64,000 bases of DNA from Candidatus Versatilivorator sp. GTDB taxonomy: Bacteria; Acidobacteriota; Terriglobia; Versatilivoradales; Versatilivoraceae. The notes under the pieces are model-generated. The model searched no databases. It saw only the letters and a list, made by a program, of their open reading frames with translations, and was not told the origin of the DNA. The position numbers and the translations under genes were made by a program. Positions 18,566 to 29,628 of the stretch are shown here, piece by piece. Position 1 is the first letter of the stretch. Each line of letters begins with the position of its first letter. Location of the stretch: NCBI GenBank assembly GCA_965207735.1, contig OZ242296.1:3904001-3968000 (forward strand). The letters run 5' to 3'.

Positions 18566-20896
18566 TCACTCCACCCGGGATTCGTCCATCTCGCGGTAGT
18601 AGTCCGGGCGCTTCAGAACCTCTCGCGGCTTGCTGCCGTCGGGTGGGCCCACAATACCGTCGTTTTCCATGATGTCGAGCAGGCGGGCCGCCCGGCCATA
18701 GCCTATGCGCAAACGGCGCTGCAGGGTGGAAGTGGAGGCCTTACCCATTTCCACCACGATGCGGACCGCCTCGTCGTAGAGCTCGTCCGTATCCCGTTCC
18801 ATTTCCTCCGTGTCTGCCTTCTCGGAGCGGTCTTCCACCACCCCTTGATCGTAGACCGGTTGCGCCTGGGACTTGAGGTGCTCCACCACGCGGGCGATCT
18901 CCTCGGTGGTCACCAGGGCGCCGTGGACCCGGGTCATCCTCGAGGTCCCGGGTGGAATGAAGAGCATGTCTCCTTTCCCCAGGAGCTGTTGAGCTCCCAT
19001 CTGGTCCAGAATAGTGCGCGAGTCCACCTTCTGAGCGACACGAAAGGAAATCCGGGAAGGGAAATTGGCCTTGATGATTCCCGTAAGCACGTCCACCGAG
19101 GGGCGCTGGGTGGCCACGATCAGGTGGATCCCCACGGCCCGGGCCATCTGAGCCAGGCGCATGATGGATTCTTCGACGTCCTTTGAGGCCACCATCATCA
19201 AGTCGGCCAGTTCATCGATCACGATGACGATGTAAGGCAGGGGTGTGAGAGGAGCGTTCTGCTCTTCCGAGAACAGCTCCAGATTCCGGGGCTTCCGCAC
19301 AAAGGTGTTGAACTGGTCGATGCTGCGGACGCCCACCGAGGCCAGCAGCTTGTACCGGTTTTCCATCTCCTTGGTCGCCCATTTCAAGGCATTGGAAGCC
19401 CGCTTGGGTTCCACCACCACCGGGGTCAGCAGATTGGGAATGTCCTCGTAGACACCCAGTTCCAGGCGCTTGGGATCCACCATGATCAACTTCACTTCTT
19501 CCGGCGGGGACTTGTAGAGGATGGAAAGGATCATGGCATTGATCCCCACGCTTTTGCCGGCGCCGGTCTGCCCGGCGATGAGCAGGTGAGGCATCTTGGC
19601 CAGATCGGCAACGACGATTTTTCCGACAATGTCCTTGCCCAGAGCGATGGTCAGCCGGGAGGTGGACTTCTTGAATTCAGTGGACTGGATGACCTCGCTG
19701 AGAAGAATCTGCTCCCGATTGGCGTTGGGGACCTCGACTCCAACCGTGGATTTCCCCGGCAATCGATTGATGCGCACCGACTCCGCCTTGAGGGCCAGGC
19801 ACAGGTCGTCCACCAGGTTGGTGATTCGACTGTACTTGACTCCGGCTTCCGGCTTGAATTCGTAGGTGGTGACGACCGGGCCGGGATGAATATGCAAGAC
19901 CTGCCCACCAACGCCGAACTCCCTGCACTTCTCCGTCAATAGGCCGGCACGCTCCAGAAGTTCCTCCTCGCCGACGTCCGCCCGCTCGCCGGGGGCCTGG
20001 AGCAGGGCGATGGAGGGCATGGGGAAGTCGGTCGGGGATGTCCCAGTCGTCCGTCTGGCTTTGGTCTTTCTCTTGGCGGGAAGGGGAGCAGCCTCCTCGG
20101 ATTCCTCTTCGCCATCGAAAAGCGTCGGCGCGGACGGCTCCTCCTCGGCAGCTTCCCACTGCTTTATCTCGGAAACCTTTTGAGTGGTGACCACCTTTCT
20201 TTCCTCGCCCCGCTTCAGTCTGGCCTCCAACCTCTTTTTCTGTCTCTTCTTCTCTGCCGCCTTGCGCCTATTCCGCCATTGGTCCTGCCACCCCCGCAAG
20301 AATTGCAGTCGTCTGTCCAGCCAGTCCAGACAAACTTTGAAGGAGAAACGGGTGGCAACAAAGAGGGAGGCCATGAAAATCATGAAGCCAACGATGCAGG
20401 CGCCGGCCCAATTGAAGCGGACCTGAAACCATTCCGCCAGCAGGTCTCCGACCACCCCTCCGGCCTTGGTGGCGCCGCCGGTGCCGACGACGTCGCCGGC
20501 CTGGAGCGACCACCCCACCGTCACAGGCTGAGGGAACAGCAACGCCAGGAGAAGACATCCGGAGCCGGCCAGGCAAAGCAGGCCCACGACTTTGGTGACT
20601 GGTGTGCCGATGTCCTGAGAACGCAACCATTTCCAGCCGAAAATCGCGAAGGTCACCGGAAAAAGGAATGAGGCGTATCCGAAGAACATCAGCAACAGAT
20701 CGGCCACGACGGACCCGAACTTGCCGATGTAGTTGTGCACCGTATCCTGGCTGAGCAGCTGGCGCGACACGTTGAGGGAAGGGTCCATCGGATGGAAGGA
20801 GACCAGGCTCAACACCAGCAGGAGAGCCAGGCTGAGCAGCATCAGTCCTACGGCTTCGTTGAGACGCGGATGTGCGGTGGGGGCCAGAAAACTCAT
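18566..20896 (-). CDS. ftsK: DNA translocase FtsK
   Basis: N-terminal TM domain, HLLIAGQTGAGKS, IDELADLMM, ATQRPS, gamma domain LQRRLRIGYGRAAR. Confidence 0.96.
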   Translation of the reverse strand: MSFLAPTAHPRLNEAVGLMLLSLALLLVLSLVSFHPMDPSLNVSRQLLSQDTVHNYIGKFGSVVADLLLMFFGYASFLFPVTFAIFGWKWLRSQDIGTPVTKVVGLLCLAGSGCLLLALLFPQPVTVGWSLQAGDVVGTGGATKAGGVVGDLLAEWFQVRFNWAGACIVGFMIFMASLFVATRFSFKVCLDWLDRRLQFLRGWQDQWRNRRKAAEKKRQKKRLEARLKRGEERKVVTTQKVSEIKQWEAAEEEPSAPTLFDGEEESEEAAPLPAKRKTKARRTTGTSPTDFPMPSIALLQAPGERADVGEEELLERAGLLTEKCREFGVGGQVLHIHPGPVVTTYEFKPEAGVKYSRITNLVDDLCLALKAESVRINRLPGKSTVGVEVPNANREQILLSEVIQSTEFKKSTSRLTIALGKDIVGKIVVADLAKMPHLLIAGQTGAGKSVGINAMILSILYKSPPEEVKLIMVDPKRLELGVYEDIPNLLTPVVVEPKRASNALKWATKEMENRYKLLASVGVRSIDQFNTFVRKPRNLELFSEEQNAPLTPLPYIVIVIDELADLMMVASKDVEESIMRLAQMARAVGIHLIVATQRPSVDVLTGIIKANFPSRISFRVAQKVDSRTILDQMGAQQLLGKGDMLFIPPGTSRMTRVHGALVTTEEIARVVEHLKSQAQPVYDQGVVEDRSEKADTEEMERDTDELYDEAVRIVVEMGKASTSTLQRRLRIGYGRAARLLDIMENDGIVGPPDGSKPREVLKRPDYYREMDESRVE

Positions 20897-20898
20897 GC

Positions 20899-21717
20899 CT
20901 ACAGTCCACCCCGTTGGAGGATGATGAGAATCACGATACCCAAAAGGATACGGTAATGGACAAAAACATAAAGCGTTTTTTTCTGAAGGAAACGCATGAA
21001 GATCTTGATGGTGATGTGACCGACGATCAGGGCCGTGAAGAAGCCGGCCAACAGACTGGCGGCCTCGCCCTCGGGAATTCCTAACTGATTGATTTCGAGG
21101 AGCTTCTTCAGGCTGGCTCCCGCAAGGATGGGGATCGCAAGCAGGAAGGAGAATCGGGCGGCCGCCTCCCGCGTCATCCCTCGAAAAAGTCCGGCCGTTA
21201 TGGTGATGCCCGAGCGGGAGGTCCCGGGAATCAGAGCCAGTGCCTGGGCTATCCCCACCCATAGCGCGTCCATCAGGGCAATTTTCTCCACTCCCTTCTT
21301 CAAAGTGGCTCGACGTTCCGCCAGCCAGAGCAGGAGCGCAAAGAAGATCAGCGTCATGGGAATGATGCCGGCACTCCGAAGCTGGGTGGCAACCAGCTCT
21401 TCCGCCAACAACCCGGTAGTGGCGGCGGGAAGGGTTCCCAGGAACAGAAACAGAAGCATGCCGCGCCCTCCGGGCCGCTCGGGGGCGAGGGCTCGCGAGG
21501 GCTGAATGCTCTCCCGAAGGATTCGGAAGCAGTCTCGCCAAAAGCAAGAGAGAATGGCCAGGAGAGTCGCAGCGTGCAGGACGACGTCGAAGGTGAGCCC
21601 CTGGTCGGGCCAACCCGTTATCCAGGGAACCAGAATCAAATGAGCGGAACTGCTGATAGGCAGGAACTCCGTCAGGCCTTGCACGGTTCCCAGGACAATC
21701 GCCTGCCTGATGGTCAT
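20899..21717 (-). CDS. uppP: Undecaprenyl-diphosphate phosphatase
   Basis: VQGLTEFLPISSSAH, PGTSRSG, ARFSFLL. Confidence 0.95.
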   Translation of the reverse strand: MTIRQAIVLGTVQGLTEFLPISSSAHLILVPWITGWPDQGLTFDVVLHAATLLAILSCFWRDCFRILRESIQPSRALAPERPGGRGMLLFLFLGTLPAATTGLLAEELVATQLRSAGIIPMTLIFFALLLWLAERRATLKKGVEKIALMDALWVGIAQALALIPGTSRSGITITAGLFRGMTREAAARFSFLLAIPILAGASLKKLLEINQLGIPEGEAASLLAGFFTALIVGHITIKIFMRFLQKKTLYVFVHYRILLGIVILIILQRGGL

Positions 21718-21769
21718 GGAGTTCTCGCGTGGCTGCGGGCGCCCTCGACCAAAGCCGTCGGGCGACTCG

Positions 21770-23443
21770 TCAAATCTCCAGGATGACCGGCAGCACCAGC
21801 GGCCGCTTGGCCGTCTGCTTGAACAGGAAGCGGCGCAAGTCGGTGCGGATCTTCTCCTTGATGAGGGACCAGTCGGTTCTCTCTTCCACGCTGGAGTCCT
21901 CCAGGGTTTCCAGCACACGGCCGCGGGCTTCTTCCAGGAGAGTGTCGTCTTCGTCCACGAAGACGAAGCCTCGGGTGATGATCTCGGGCTGGGTCTCCAT
22001 CTGGCCGCTGGCCTTGTTGATGGCCAGAATGGGAAGCACAATGCCGTCCTCGGAAAGATGGCGGCGGTCCCTCACCACCACTTCCTCCAGCTCGTCCAGG
22101 CTGCCCTCATCGATAAAGATTCGGCCCACGGGCGCCTTGCCGTTGACCTCGGCCCCCTCCCGGCTCAGTTGAATGCGATCGCCGGTCTCCGCGACCAGCA
22201 CCGTGTCTCCCACCGCGTGCAGGTTTCTGGCCAATTCCGCGTGGCGATGGAGTTGGCGGTATTCTCCATGGATGGGCACGAAATGCCTGGGGCGTACCAG
22301 GTTTAGCAGCAGCTTCAGCTCCTCGGAGCTGGCGTGTCCTGAAACGTGAATGGGAGGCAGGGATCCGTCATCGTAATGGACGGCCGCACCCCTCTTGTAG
22401 AGATGGTTGACCATGCGGGAAATGGTCTTTTCGTTGCCGGGAATGATGCGCGCCGAAATCACCACGGTGTCTTCCCGCCCGATTTTCACGTTCTTGAAGT
22501 TGTCCACGGCCATCTGGGGCAGGGCGGCCAGCGGTTGCCCCTGACAGCCCGTCAGAATCAAGACGACGCGTTCCGGCGGCATTCTCCTGACGTCCTGTAT
22601 CTTGACCAGCAGTCCGTCCGGAATGTTCAGGTAGCCGAGCTGGTGGGCGACCCTGGTCGTCGACAGCATGCTCCGTCCGGCGATGGCCACCTTGCGCCCA
22701 TAGCGCTGGGCCAGGTTGAACACGGTCTGAATGCGATGGATGGAGGAGGTGAAACAGGAAACGATCACCTTGCCCGGAGCGTGGTGAAAGATCTCGTCCA
22801 GCTTTTCGATCACGGCGGTTTCCGAGGGGGTAAATCCCGGCCGATCCACGTTGGTGCTGTCTGAAAACAACGCCAGCACCCCCCGGCTTCCGTACTCGGC
22901 AATTCGGGGCAGGTCGGTGACCCGGCCATCCAGGGGTGAGAGGTCGATCTTGAAATCCCCCGTGTGGAGAATCACTCCCGCCGGGGTGGTGATCGCCAGC
23001 ATGACGGCATCCACAATGCTGTGGGTGACATGGATGAACTCCACCCGGAAGTCTCCCATTTGGTGGGTCTGGCCGGCCTCGACGGTGATGAGCTCGGCCT
23101 GATCCAGCAAATGGTGCTCGGCCAGCTTGGCGGAGGCCAGGCCCAGGGTGTATCCGGTGCCGTATATGGGAACATGGCTCAAGGCGGGGAACACGAAGGG
23201 TAGGGCCCCGATGTGATCCTCGTGGCCGTGGGTCAGCACGATGGCTTGAACCTGGGAGGCATTGTCAATCAGGAAGGAGATGTCGGGGACGATGACGTCG
23301 ATGCCCAGGAGCTCTTCATCGGGAAACATCAAGCCCGAATCCACCACGATCATCTGATCGCCGTAGCGGAACACCATCATGTTCATCCCGAACTCCCCCA
23401 AGCCGCCGAGCGGGATGGCTTCAATAAACTCCTTAGAATTCAC
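21770..23443 (-). CDS. rnj: Ribonuclease J
   Basis: LGGLGEFGMN, THGHEDHIG, HTGDFK, HVSGH, PIHGE. Confidence 0.96.
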   Translation of the reverse strand: MNSKEFIEAIPLGGLGEFGMNMMVFRYGDQMIVVDSGLMFPDEELLGIDVIVPDISFLIDNASQVQAIVLTHGHEDHIGALPFVFPALSHVPIYGTGYTLGLASAKLAEHHLLDQAELITVEAGQTHQMGDFRVEFIHVTHSIVDAVMLAITTPAGVILHTGDFKIDLSPLDGRVTDLPRIAEYGSRGVLALFSDSTNVDRPGFTPSETAVIEKLDEIFHHAPGKVIVSCFTSSIHRIQTVFNLAQRYGRKVAIAGRSMLSTTRVAHQLGYLNIPDGLLVKIQDVRRMPPERVVLILTGCQGQPLAALPQMAVDNFKNVKIGREDTVVISARIIPGNEKTISRMVNHLYKRGAAVHYDDGSLPPIHVSGHASSEELKLLLNLVRPRHFVPIHGEYRQLHRHAELARNLHAVGDTVLVAETGDRIQLSREGAEVNGKAPVGRIFIDEGSLDELEEVVVRDRRHLSEDGIVLPILAINKASGQMETQPEIITRGFVFVDEDDTLLEEARGRVLETLEDSSVEERTDWSLIKEKIRTDLRRFLFKQTAKRPLVLPVILEI

Positions 23444-23508
23444 GCGTTAACCTCCTGTTTGGGTGCCACATCCATTTGCCGGGGGTTTCAATCTGACCTG
23501 AATGCGAG

Positions 23509-25146
23509 CTAGGGGAAGACGGACATGGCCGTTTCCTGGGTGGTCATGAACTCCAGCAACACCGGTACGCCTTCCCGGGTTTTCCGGATTCCTCGCTCAA
23601 GGGCCGGAACAATGGCCTCGGCCTTTTCCACCCGTTCGGAATAGCAGCCCAGAGATCGGGCCATGTCGGCGTAATTGCCGGAAATATCGGTGATGCGGTG
23701 CTTGACGCTGGCCGTGGGATAGAACATCAACTCGGTGGCCATGCAGAAATTGTTGAACAGGATGGAGAGGATGGGGATCTTTTCTCGAACCGCCGTCTCC
23801 AGGTCGGTGCCGGTAAACCCGATGGCGGCGTCTCCCCAGAGGTTGATGCACAGTTTGTCCGGCCGGGCCAGCTTGGCTCCCAGGGCCAGGCCCAATCCGT
23901 AGCCGAGCTGGGTCGACTTGCCCCAGCCTATGTAGGACAGCGGGCTGACGCATTCCCAGAAAGGAGAGAGCTGGTCTCTGGGACCTCCGGAGTCGTGGGT
24001 GATGATGGTTTCGGCAACGTCCACCGTCCGCATCAGGTCCCCGATCACCCGGTAGGGGGTAAAGGGCTGATGGGAGGCGGTCAATTTCGGTCTCCAGACA
24101 GCCATCCATTCCTTCCTGATGGCTTGAATCCGCTGGGCGATTCCCTCGCCCCTCCCTCGCCCCTCTGGATTCAGGCGAGGTCCGATCTTCTCGAGCAAGG
24201 CTTCCAGCACCAGGCGCGCATCCCCGACCAATCCGTGCTCTACGGCAACGTCCTTGTTGATGTCGGCGGAATCCACCGTGGCGTGCAGGATCCGGGCGCT
24301 GCTCGGCATCGACAACCCGAAGGGCGTGGAGGTAAAGCTGCAGCCCACCCCGAAGACGAGGTCGGCCTGGCTGAGGAACTCATGCACCATCCGGGTGGTG
24401 GAACGTCCGCCCGAGCCCAGCGAGAGCGGGTGGTTTTCCGGAAAGGCGCTCTTTCCGCCCAGGCTGGTCGTCACCGGTGCTTCCAGCAGTTCGGCCAATT
24501 CCCGCAAGGCCTGCCAGGCCTTGGCGTAATGGATGCCCTGCCCGGCGTAGATGACAGGCCGTTCCGCCTCGAGCAGCATCTCGACCGCCCGTGTCACCGA
24601 CGGTCCATCCGGACCGTATCGGATCCTTGGCGCCGGCTGGTAGGAGAAAGGCTCGGGGACTTCCTCGGTCAGCAGGTCGGAGGGAAACTCCACCATAACC
24701 GGACGAGGACGTCCGTTCCTGACCTGGGTAAAGGCGCGGCGAAGCGTTGCCGTCAGGTGAGCCGGGAGCGTGACCTGCTCGCAGGACTTGGTCACCTGGC
24801 GGTAGTTGAGCGAGGAGTTGAAGTTGGGCTGCACCTGGGCCCATTCCCGGGAATGCCCCATCGGCAAGACCACGATCGGGGAGGATTCAGCGTAGGCCTG
24901 GGCCACGCCGCCAAAGGCGTTTTCGGCGCCGGGCCCGTTCTGCATGCAGAAGACGCCGATCCGTTCGCCGCTGTGCATCCGGCTGAAGGCATCGGCCATG
25001 TGCAGGCCGGTTCTTTCCTGGCGCACGATGATGGGCCGAATGCCTGCCTTGGATGCCGATTCGATGAGAGGGTTCAGGGGGTAAGCGAAAAGGACATCCA
25101 CTCCCTCCAGAATCAGAATACGGGCGACTGCATCAGCAACGGTCAT
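23509..25146 (-). CDS. Thiamine pyrophosphate-dependent enzyme (acetolactate synthase-like)
   Basis: RQERTGLHMADAF, GPGAEN, GDAAIG..FNN. Confidence 0.85.
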   Translation of the reverse strand: MTVADAVARILILEGVDVLFAYPLNPLIESASKAGIRPIIVRQERTGLHMADAFSRMHSGERIGVFCMQNGPGAENAFGGVAQAYAESSPIVVLPMGHSREWAQVQPNFNSSLNYRQVTKSCEQVTLPAHLTATLRRAFTQVRNGRPRPVMVEFPSDLLTEEVPEPFSYQPAPRIRYGPDGPSVTRAVEMLLEAERPVIYAGQGIHYAKAWQALRELAELLEAPVTTSLGGKSAFPENHPLSLGSGGRSTTRMVHEFLSQADLVFGVGCSFTSTPFGLSMPSSARILHATVDSADINKDVAVEHGLVGDARLVLEALLEKIGPRLNPEGRGRGEGIAQRIQAIRKEWMAVWRPKLTASHQPFTPYRVIGDLMRTVDVAETIITHDSGGPRDQLSPFWECVSPLSYIGWGKSTQLGYGLGLALGAKLARPDKLCINLWGDAAIGFTGTDLETAVREKIPILSILFNNFCMATELMFYPTASVKHRITDISGNYADMARSLGCYSERVEKAEAIVPALERGIRKTREGVPVLLEFMTTQETAMSVFP

Positions 25147-25216
25147 TGAGACACAGTCTAGCACAGGTCCCGAACAATGCCCGCCAACCATCGGCTGCCG
25201 TCCGCGGCGGGCGGCG

Positions 25217-25440
25217 CTTACCTGGAACAGAAGAAAAAGGAGTGATCCACGAAGACACACGAAGGACCACTAAGGCAATGATGTTTATTTGAAACAACGC
25301 CTTGTGCCGGGTGGCGGAACATCCGTTCAAAGTCCAGCATAGTCAGACGGCTAATTTACATGGATGCACAGGATGCACAGGATTTTTTCCGGAGACGGCT
25401 GGCTTGTATTCCTGGAAATCCGTAAATCCTCACTCGATCT
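25217..25440 (-). repeat. Composite non-coding repeat ending in the IS110-type right end
   Basis: 25277-25382 matches 62958-63055 and, inverted, ~13590-13736; 25217-25276 is half of the 183 bp unit. Confidence 0.7.
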
Positions 25441-25485
25441 TTGAGCGAATCTGCTTCCCGTGCGGCGGCCTCTCGTCCTTTTAAT

Positions 25486-27414
25486 CCGAAGTTCCTCCCA
25501 TTTTACACCCAAAAAATCGCCTTAAGCCATTTGTTTTCTTGGGGAAGAGGATTGAGGCGTGTGGAGTGTTGTTCCCATGTATATGATTAGCATTTATCTT
25601 GACATGATAGTTGTATGTGATATCGTAGTCCCATGTACGTCGAAACCGTCCCCAACCGCAACTCTCCCCCTGCCATCCTCCTGCGCGAAGGCCGCCGTGA
25701 GGGTAAAAAGGTCCATAAACGCACCCTGGCCAATCTCTCCCATTGGCCCAAGGACAAGATCGAGCGCCTCCGGCGCGTGCTCAAGAACGAACCCCTGGTC
25801 CATCCCGACCAACTCTTCGCCATCGAACGCTCCCTGCCTCATGGCCACGTCGAGTTGCTGCTGGAAGTGGTGCGGCAGCTGAAGCTGCCGGCGCTGATCG
25901 ATTCCCGACCCTCTCCCCAACGGGACCGGGTCTTGGCCATGATCCTGCAGCGTCTGCTCTATCCGGCCTCCAAGCTGGCCACCACCCGTCTTTGGCACAC
26001 CACCACGTTGGGTGAGGAACTGTCCCTTGAGGACACCGACGAGGACGATCTCTATGAGGCCATGGACTGGTTGCTGGAGCGTCAGGACCGGATTGAGCGC
26101 AAGCTGGCCAAGCGGCACCTGGCGGAAGGGGATGCGGTGCTCTATGACGTCAGCAGCAGTTACTACGAAGGCCAGACCTGCTCGCTGATGCAGTTCGGCC
26201 ACAACCGGGACGGCAGGCGGGACCGGCCCATGGTGGTCTACGGGGTGCTGGCCGACCAGATGGGGCGGCCGCTGTCGGTGCAGGCCTATGCCGGCAACAC
26301 GGGGGATCCGACCACGGTGGGGGATCAGGTGGAGAAGGTGCGGGGTCGGTTTGGTCTGGAGCGGGTGGTGCTGGTGGGGGACCGCGGGCTGCTGACCGAG
26401 ACGCAGATCAGCCATCTGAAGCGTCATCCGGGAGTGGGGTGGGTCTCAGCCCTGCGCCACCACCAGATACGCCGTCTGGTGGAGAGCGAGGCGGTTCAGC
26501 TCTCCCTGTTCGACGAGCGTCATCTGGCCGAAGTCCGCAGCCCGGACTATCCGGGCGAGAGGCTCATCGTCTGCCACAACCCGCTGCTGGCCGAGCATCG
26601 GCGGCGGAAGCGGGAGGCTTTGCTGACAGCCACCGAGGAGGCGCTGGCCGGAATCGCCCGCCAGGTGGCCAGACGGACCCGCACGCCCTTGTCGGCGACC
26701 GAGATCGCCGAGAAAGTCGGCCGGGTCAAGAACCGCTTCCAGGTGGCCAAACACTTCCGGACCCAGATCGCAGACGGGTCCTTCCACTATGAACGGCGCA
26801 CCGACGCCATCATCCGGGAGGCGCAACTGGACGGGTTCTACATGCTGAGGACCAGCGAGCCAGCCGATCGCCTGCCAACAGCCGCGGTGGTGCGCCGCTA
26901 CAAGGACCTGACGCGGGTGGAGCGGGCCTTCCGCTCCCTCAAGACCGTCGACCTGCACATCCGCCCCATCCGTCATCGGGTGGAGAGCCGGGTGCGGGCT
27001 CATCTGTTCCTGTGCCTGCTGGCCTATTACGTTCAGTGGCATCTGCGGCTGGCCCTGGCTCCGTTGCTGTTCGATGACGAGGAGTTGGAAGCGGAACGGG
27101 CACGGCGAGACCCGGTGCTGGCGGCCCAGCCGTCGGACTCCGCCAAACGGAAGAAGAGCAAACGCCTCACCGAGGACGGCTTGCCGCTGCAGAGCCTGGA
27201 GACGTTGATGGCGCAGATGGCGACGCGGGCCCGCCACCAGTGCCGATTGCCCTCCGAACCCGATGGTCCGCGAGTCCAGCGATTGACCGAGCCGACCCCG
27301 CTACAGCAAAGGGCCTTCGAGCTCATCAGGATGTTCCCAGGCAAGACAACCTGAGATTCCTGATTGATGATTGAAGATAAAGGAGTTATCTTGTCGGTGG
27401 GTCAGGAACTTCGG
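25486..27414 (+). mobile_element. IS1634 family element inserted in the composite repeat
   Basis: IR CCGAAGTTCCT/AGGAACTTCGG; 6 bp direct repeat TTTAAT at 25480-25485 and 27415-27420. Confidence 0.85.
25633..27354 (+). CDS. IS1634 family DDE transposase
   Basis: LYDVSSSYYEG, VGDRG, VERAFRSLK, RVRAHLFLCLLAY. Confidence 0.9.
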   Translation: MYVETVPNRNSPPAILLREGRREGKKVHKRTLANLSHWPKDKIERLRRVLKNEPLVHPDQLFAIERSLPHGHVELLLEVVRQLKLPALIDSRPSPQRDRVLAMILQRLLYPASKLATTRLWHTTTLGEELSLEDTDEDDLYEAMDWLLERQDRIERKLAKRHLAEGDAVLYDVSSSYYEGQTCSLMQFGHNRDGRRDRPMVVYGVLADQMGRPLSVQAYAGNTGDPTTVGDQVEKVRGRFGLERVVLVGDRGLLTETQISHLKRHPGVGWVSALRHHQIRRLVESEAVQLSLFDERHLAEVRSPDYPGERLIVCHNPLLAEHRRRKREALLTATEEALAGIARQVARRTRTPLSATEIAEKVGRVKNRFQVAKHFRTQIADGSFHYERRTDAIIREAQLDGFYMLRTSEPADRLPTAAVVRRYKDLTRVERAFRSLKTVDLHIRPIRHRVESRVRAHLFLCLLAYYVQWHLRLALAPLLFDDEELEAERARRDPVLAAQPSDSAKRKKSKRLTEDGLPLQSLETLMAQMATRARHQCRLPSEPDGPRVQRLTEPTPLQQRAFELIRMFPGKTT

Positions 27415-27418
27415 TTTA

Positions 27419-27737
27419 ATCCTGTGCATCCATGTTCAATTTATAGTCCTTCTCGATTGATCTTCCCCGTGGCGGGCCTTGCCTGTGCCCAACGCCCCGA
27501 TTCCCAGTCAGCGTTTGTGCAACGGCCTCTGGTCCTATTAATCCTGTCCCTTGGGTTGCGGCTCAGTTTCCCTTTGATGCGGCAGCCCGCCCTTCCCGCC
27601 GGTGGGAACCGCATAAGCCCGGTCGAAGCAGAGCCTTGGCTCCCTTGCTGCTCGACCCAGGTCGAGGAGATAGGCAAGGCTGTGCCAGGACTTGTGCGGG
27701 CGGGACGCCCGCGCTCCCGGGTGGGCTTCATCCCGTG
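27419..27737 (-). repeat. Second copy of the REP-containing non-coding repeat
   Basis: Reverse complement of 13226-13543. Confidence 0.8.
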
Positions 27738-27832
27738 ACATCCTCGTTCCTTTGGATAGAATGGGGGACGGGTGCACGCCGGCGAACGCACCGGTTCCCG
27801 GCCTGAACGAGCGTACGCGCATCCCGCCCGAA

Positions 27833-29245
27833 ATGTGGGTCAGCCCCCACGGAAATATCTTGAGCAAGACCCCCGATCAAAAAGTGGCGCTGGTCATCGC
27901 TACCCTGGCCGCCTTCTTCATCCCCTTCATGGGCTCCTCGGTGAATATCGCCTTGCCCACCATCGGCGAGCACTTCGGCATGGACGCGGTCTCGCTGAGC
28001 TGGGTAGCCACCTCGTTTCTGCTGGCGGCCGCCATGTTTCTTCTGCCTTGCGGGAGGCTGGCGGATATCTATGGCCGCAAACGCTTCTTTGCCTGGGGAA
28101 TCGCCGTCTACACCCTGGCCTCCTTCCTTTCAGCGGTTGCGCCCTCGGGATTGACGCTGATCCTGTTTCGATGGCTCCAGGGGTTGGGGGGCGCCATGAT
28201 CTTCAGCACCGGAATCGCCATCCTGACCTCCGTCTACCCGCAGGAGGAGAGGGGCAAGGTGTTGGGATTCAGCGTGGGGGCCGTCTACCTGGGGCTGAGC
28301 TTCGGCCCCTCCATCGGGGGGATTCTGACCGAGCAGTTCGGCTGGCGATCGGTGTTTCTGGTGCACGTCCCCATCGGCCTGCTGATAGTGTCCCTGATTG
28401 CAGCCAAGCTCAAGGGGGAGTGGGCCGATGCCCGGGGGGAGAAATTCGACTGGCCGGGCTCTCTGATCTACACCATTTCCCTGTTGGGGGTGGTCTACGG
28501 GCTTTCCCTGCTGCCCCAGGCGCTGGGAGGCTGGCTGGCCCTGGCCGGCGCGGCGGGGCTGGTCCTGTTTGTGGGATGGGAACTGAGGACCGAGAGTCCC
28601 TTGATGAACATCAAGCTGTTCCGGACCAGCACCGTCTTTGCCTACTCCAACCTGGCCGCGTTGATCCACTACAGCGCCACCTTTTCGGTGGGATTTCTGC
28701 TGAGCCTCTACCTCCAGTACATTCAGGGCTACGGGGCTCAGAGCGCCGGCATCGTCCTGATCGCCCAACCGGTGGTGATGGCCGCCTTCTCGCCCTATGC
28801 CGGCAAGCTCTCGGACCGCATCGAGCCCAGGTTGGTGGCCTCGGTCGGAATGGCCTTGACGGCCCTGGGACTGTTCCTGCTGGTCCTGATCGACAGCCGG
28901 ACCGGCGTGGGGATGGTCATTGCCAACCTGATTCTTCTTGGACTCGGGTTCGCGCTGTTTTCCTCGCCCAACACCAATGCCGTCATGAGCTCGGTGGACA
29001 AGAAGTATTTCGGCGTAGCCTCCGGCACCCTGGGGACCATGCGGTTGACCGGCCAGATGCTCAGCATGGGCATCGCCACCCTGATTTTCGCCGTTTATAT
29101 CGGGAGAGTGCAGATCACGCCCGAGCAGTATCCGCTGTTCCTGAAGAGCACCCAGGTGGCCTTCCTGATTTCCGGCGTGCTCTGTGTGTTCGGCATCCTG
29201 GCCTCGCTGGCCCGGGGAAGGTTGCGGGGTGCTGCCCGAGGTTGA
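27833..29245 (+). CDS. MFS transporter, DHA2-like drug/H+ antiporter
   Basis: VNIALP, GRLADIYGRKR motif A, about 14 TM; start uncertain. Confidence 0.88.
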   Translation: MWVSPHGNILSKTPDQKVALVIATLAAFFIPFMGSSVNIALPTIGEHFGMDAVSLSWVATSFLLAAAMFLLPCGRLADIYGRKRFFAWGIAVYTLASFLSAVAPSGLTLILFRWLQGLGGAMIFSTGIAILTSVYPQEERGKVLGFSVGAVYLGLSFGPSIGGILTEQFGWRSVFLVHVPIGLLIVSLIAAKLKGEWADARGEKFDWPGSLIYTISLLGVVYGLSLLPQALGGWLALAGAAGLVLFVGWELRTESPLMNIKLFRTSTVFAYSNLAALIHYSATFSVGFLLSLYLQYIQGYGAQSAGIVLIAQPVVMAAFSPYAGKLSDRIEPRLVASVGMALTALGLFLLVLIDSRTGVGMVIANLILLGLGFALFSSPNTNAVMSSVDKKYFGVASGTLGTMRLTGQMLSMGIATLIFAVYIGRVQITPEQYPLFLKSTQVAFLISGVLCVFGILASLARGRLRGAARG

Positions 29246-29281
29246 GCCTCCAATAGAGGAATCGGTTCACCACAAGGGACT

Positions 29282-29524
29282 ATGAGAACAATCGGCGCCT
29301 CCGCGGCCAGAACCCATTTTTCCGCGCTTCTCGATGAAGTCGCCGGCGGAGAAACCATCATCATCACCAGGCGCGGACGCCCGGTGGCTAGGTTGACACC
29401 GTCGGAAGCGCCCGCCCGTCGAAGCGCTATTGCCGCAGCCGCGACCCTGCGCGACTTGTGCAAACGTGTCGGGCGGGCGACAACCGAAGAGATTCTTCAG
29501 TTGCGAAACGAAGGGCGGCGATGA
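29282..29524 (+). CDS. Phd/YefM family antitoxin, no intact toxin partner
   Basis: ARTHFSALLDEV, IIITRRGRPVARL; overlapping downstream ATG gives only 23 codons. Confidence 0.85.
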   Translation: MRTIGASAARTHFSALLDEVAGGETIIITRRGRPVARLTPSEAPARRSAIAAAATLRDLCKRVGRATTEEILQLRNEGRR

Positions 29525-29589
29525 AGGCCTCGATACCGGATGGTTTCGTCACCAAGTGCTGCAAGACGAGAGACCACTATTTTCGGCCT

Positions 29590-29628
29590 TGACATGTGGA
29601 GAACATGTAAGTAGGTTTTTCACATGTC
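29590..29628. promoter_or_regulatory. Putative RHH operator of the downstream TA pair
   Basis: Three ACATGT palindromes, the outer two forming GACATGTG/CACATGTC. Confidence 0.5.
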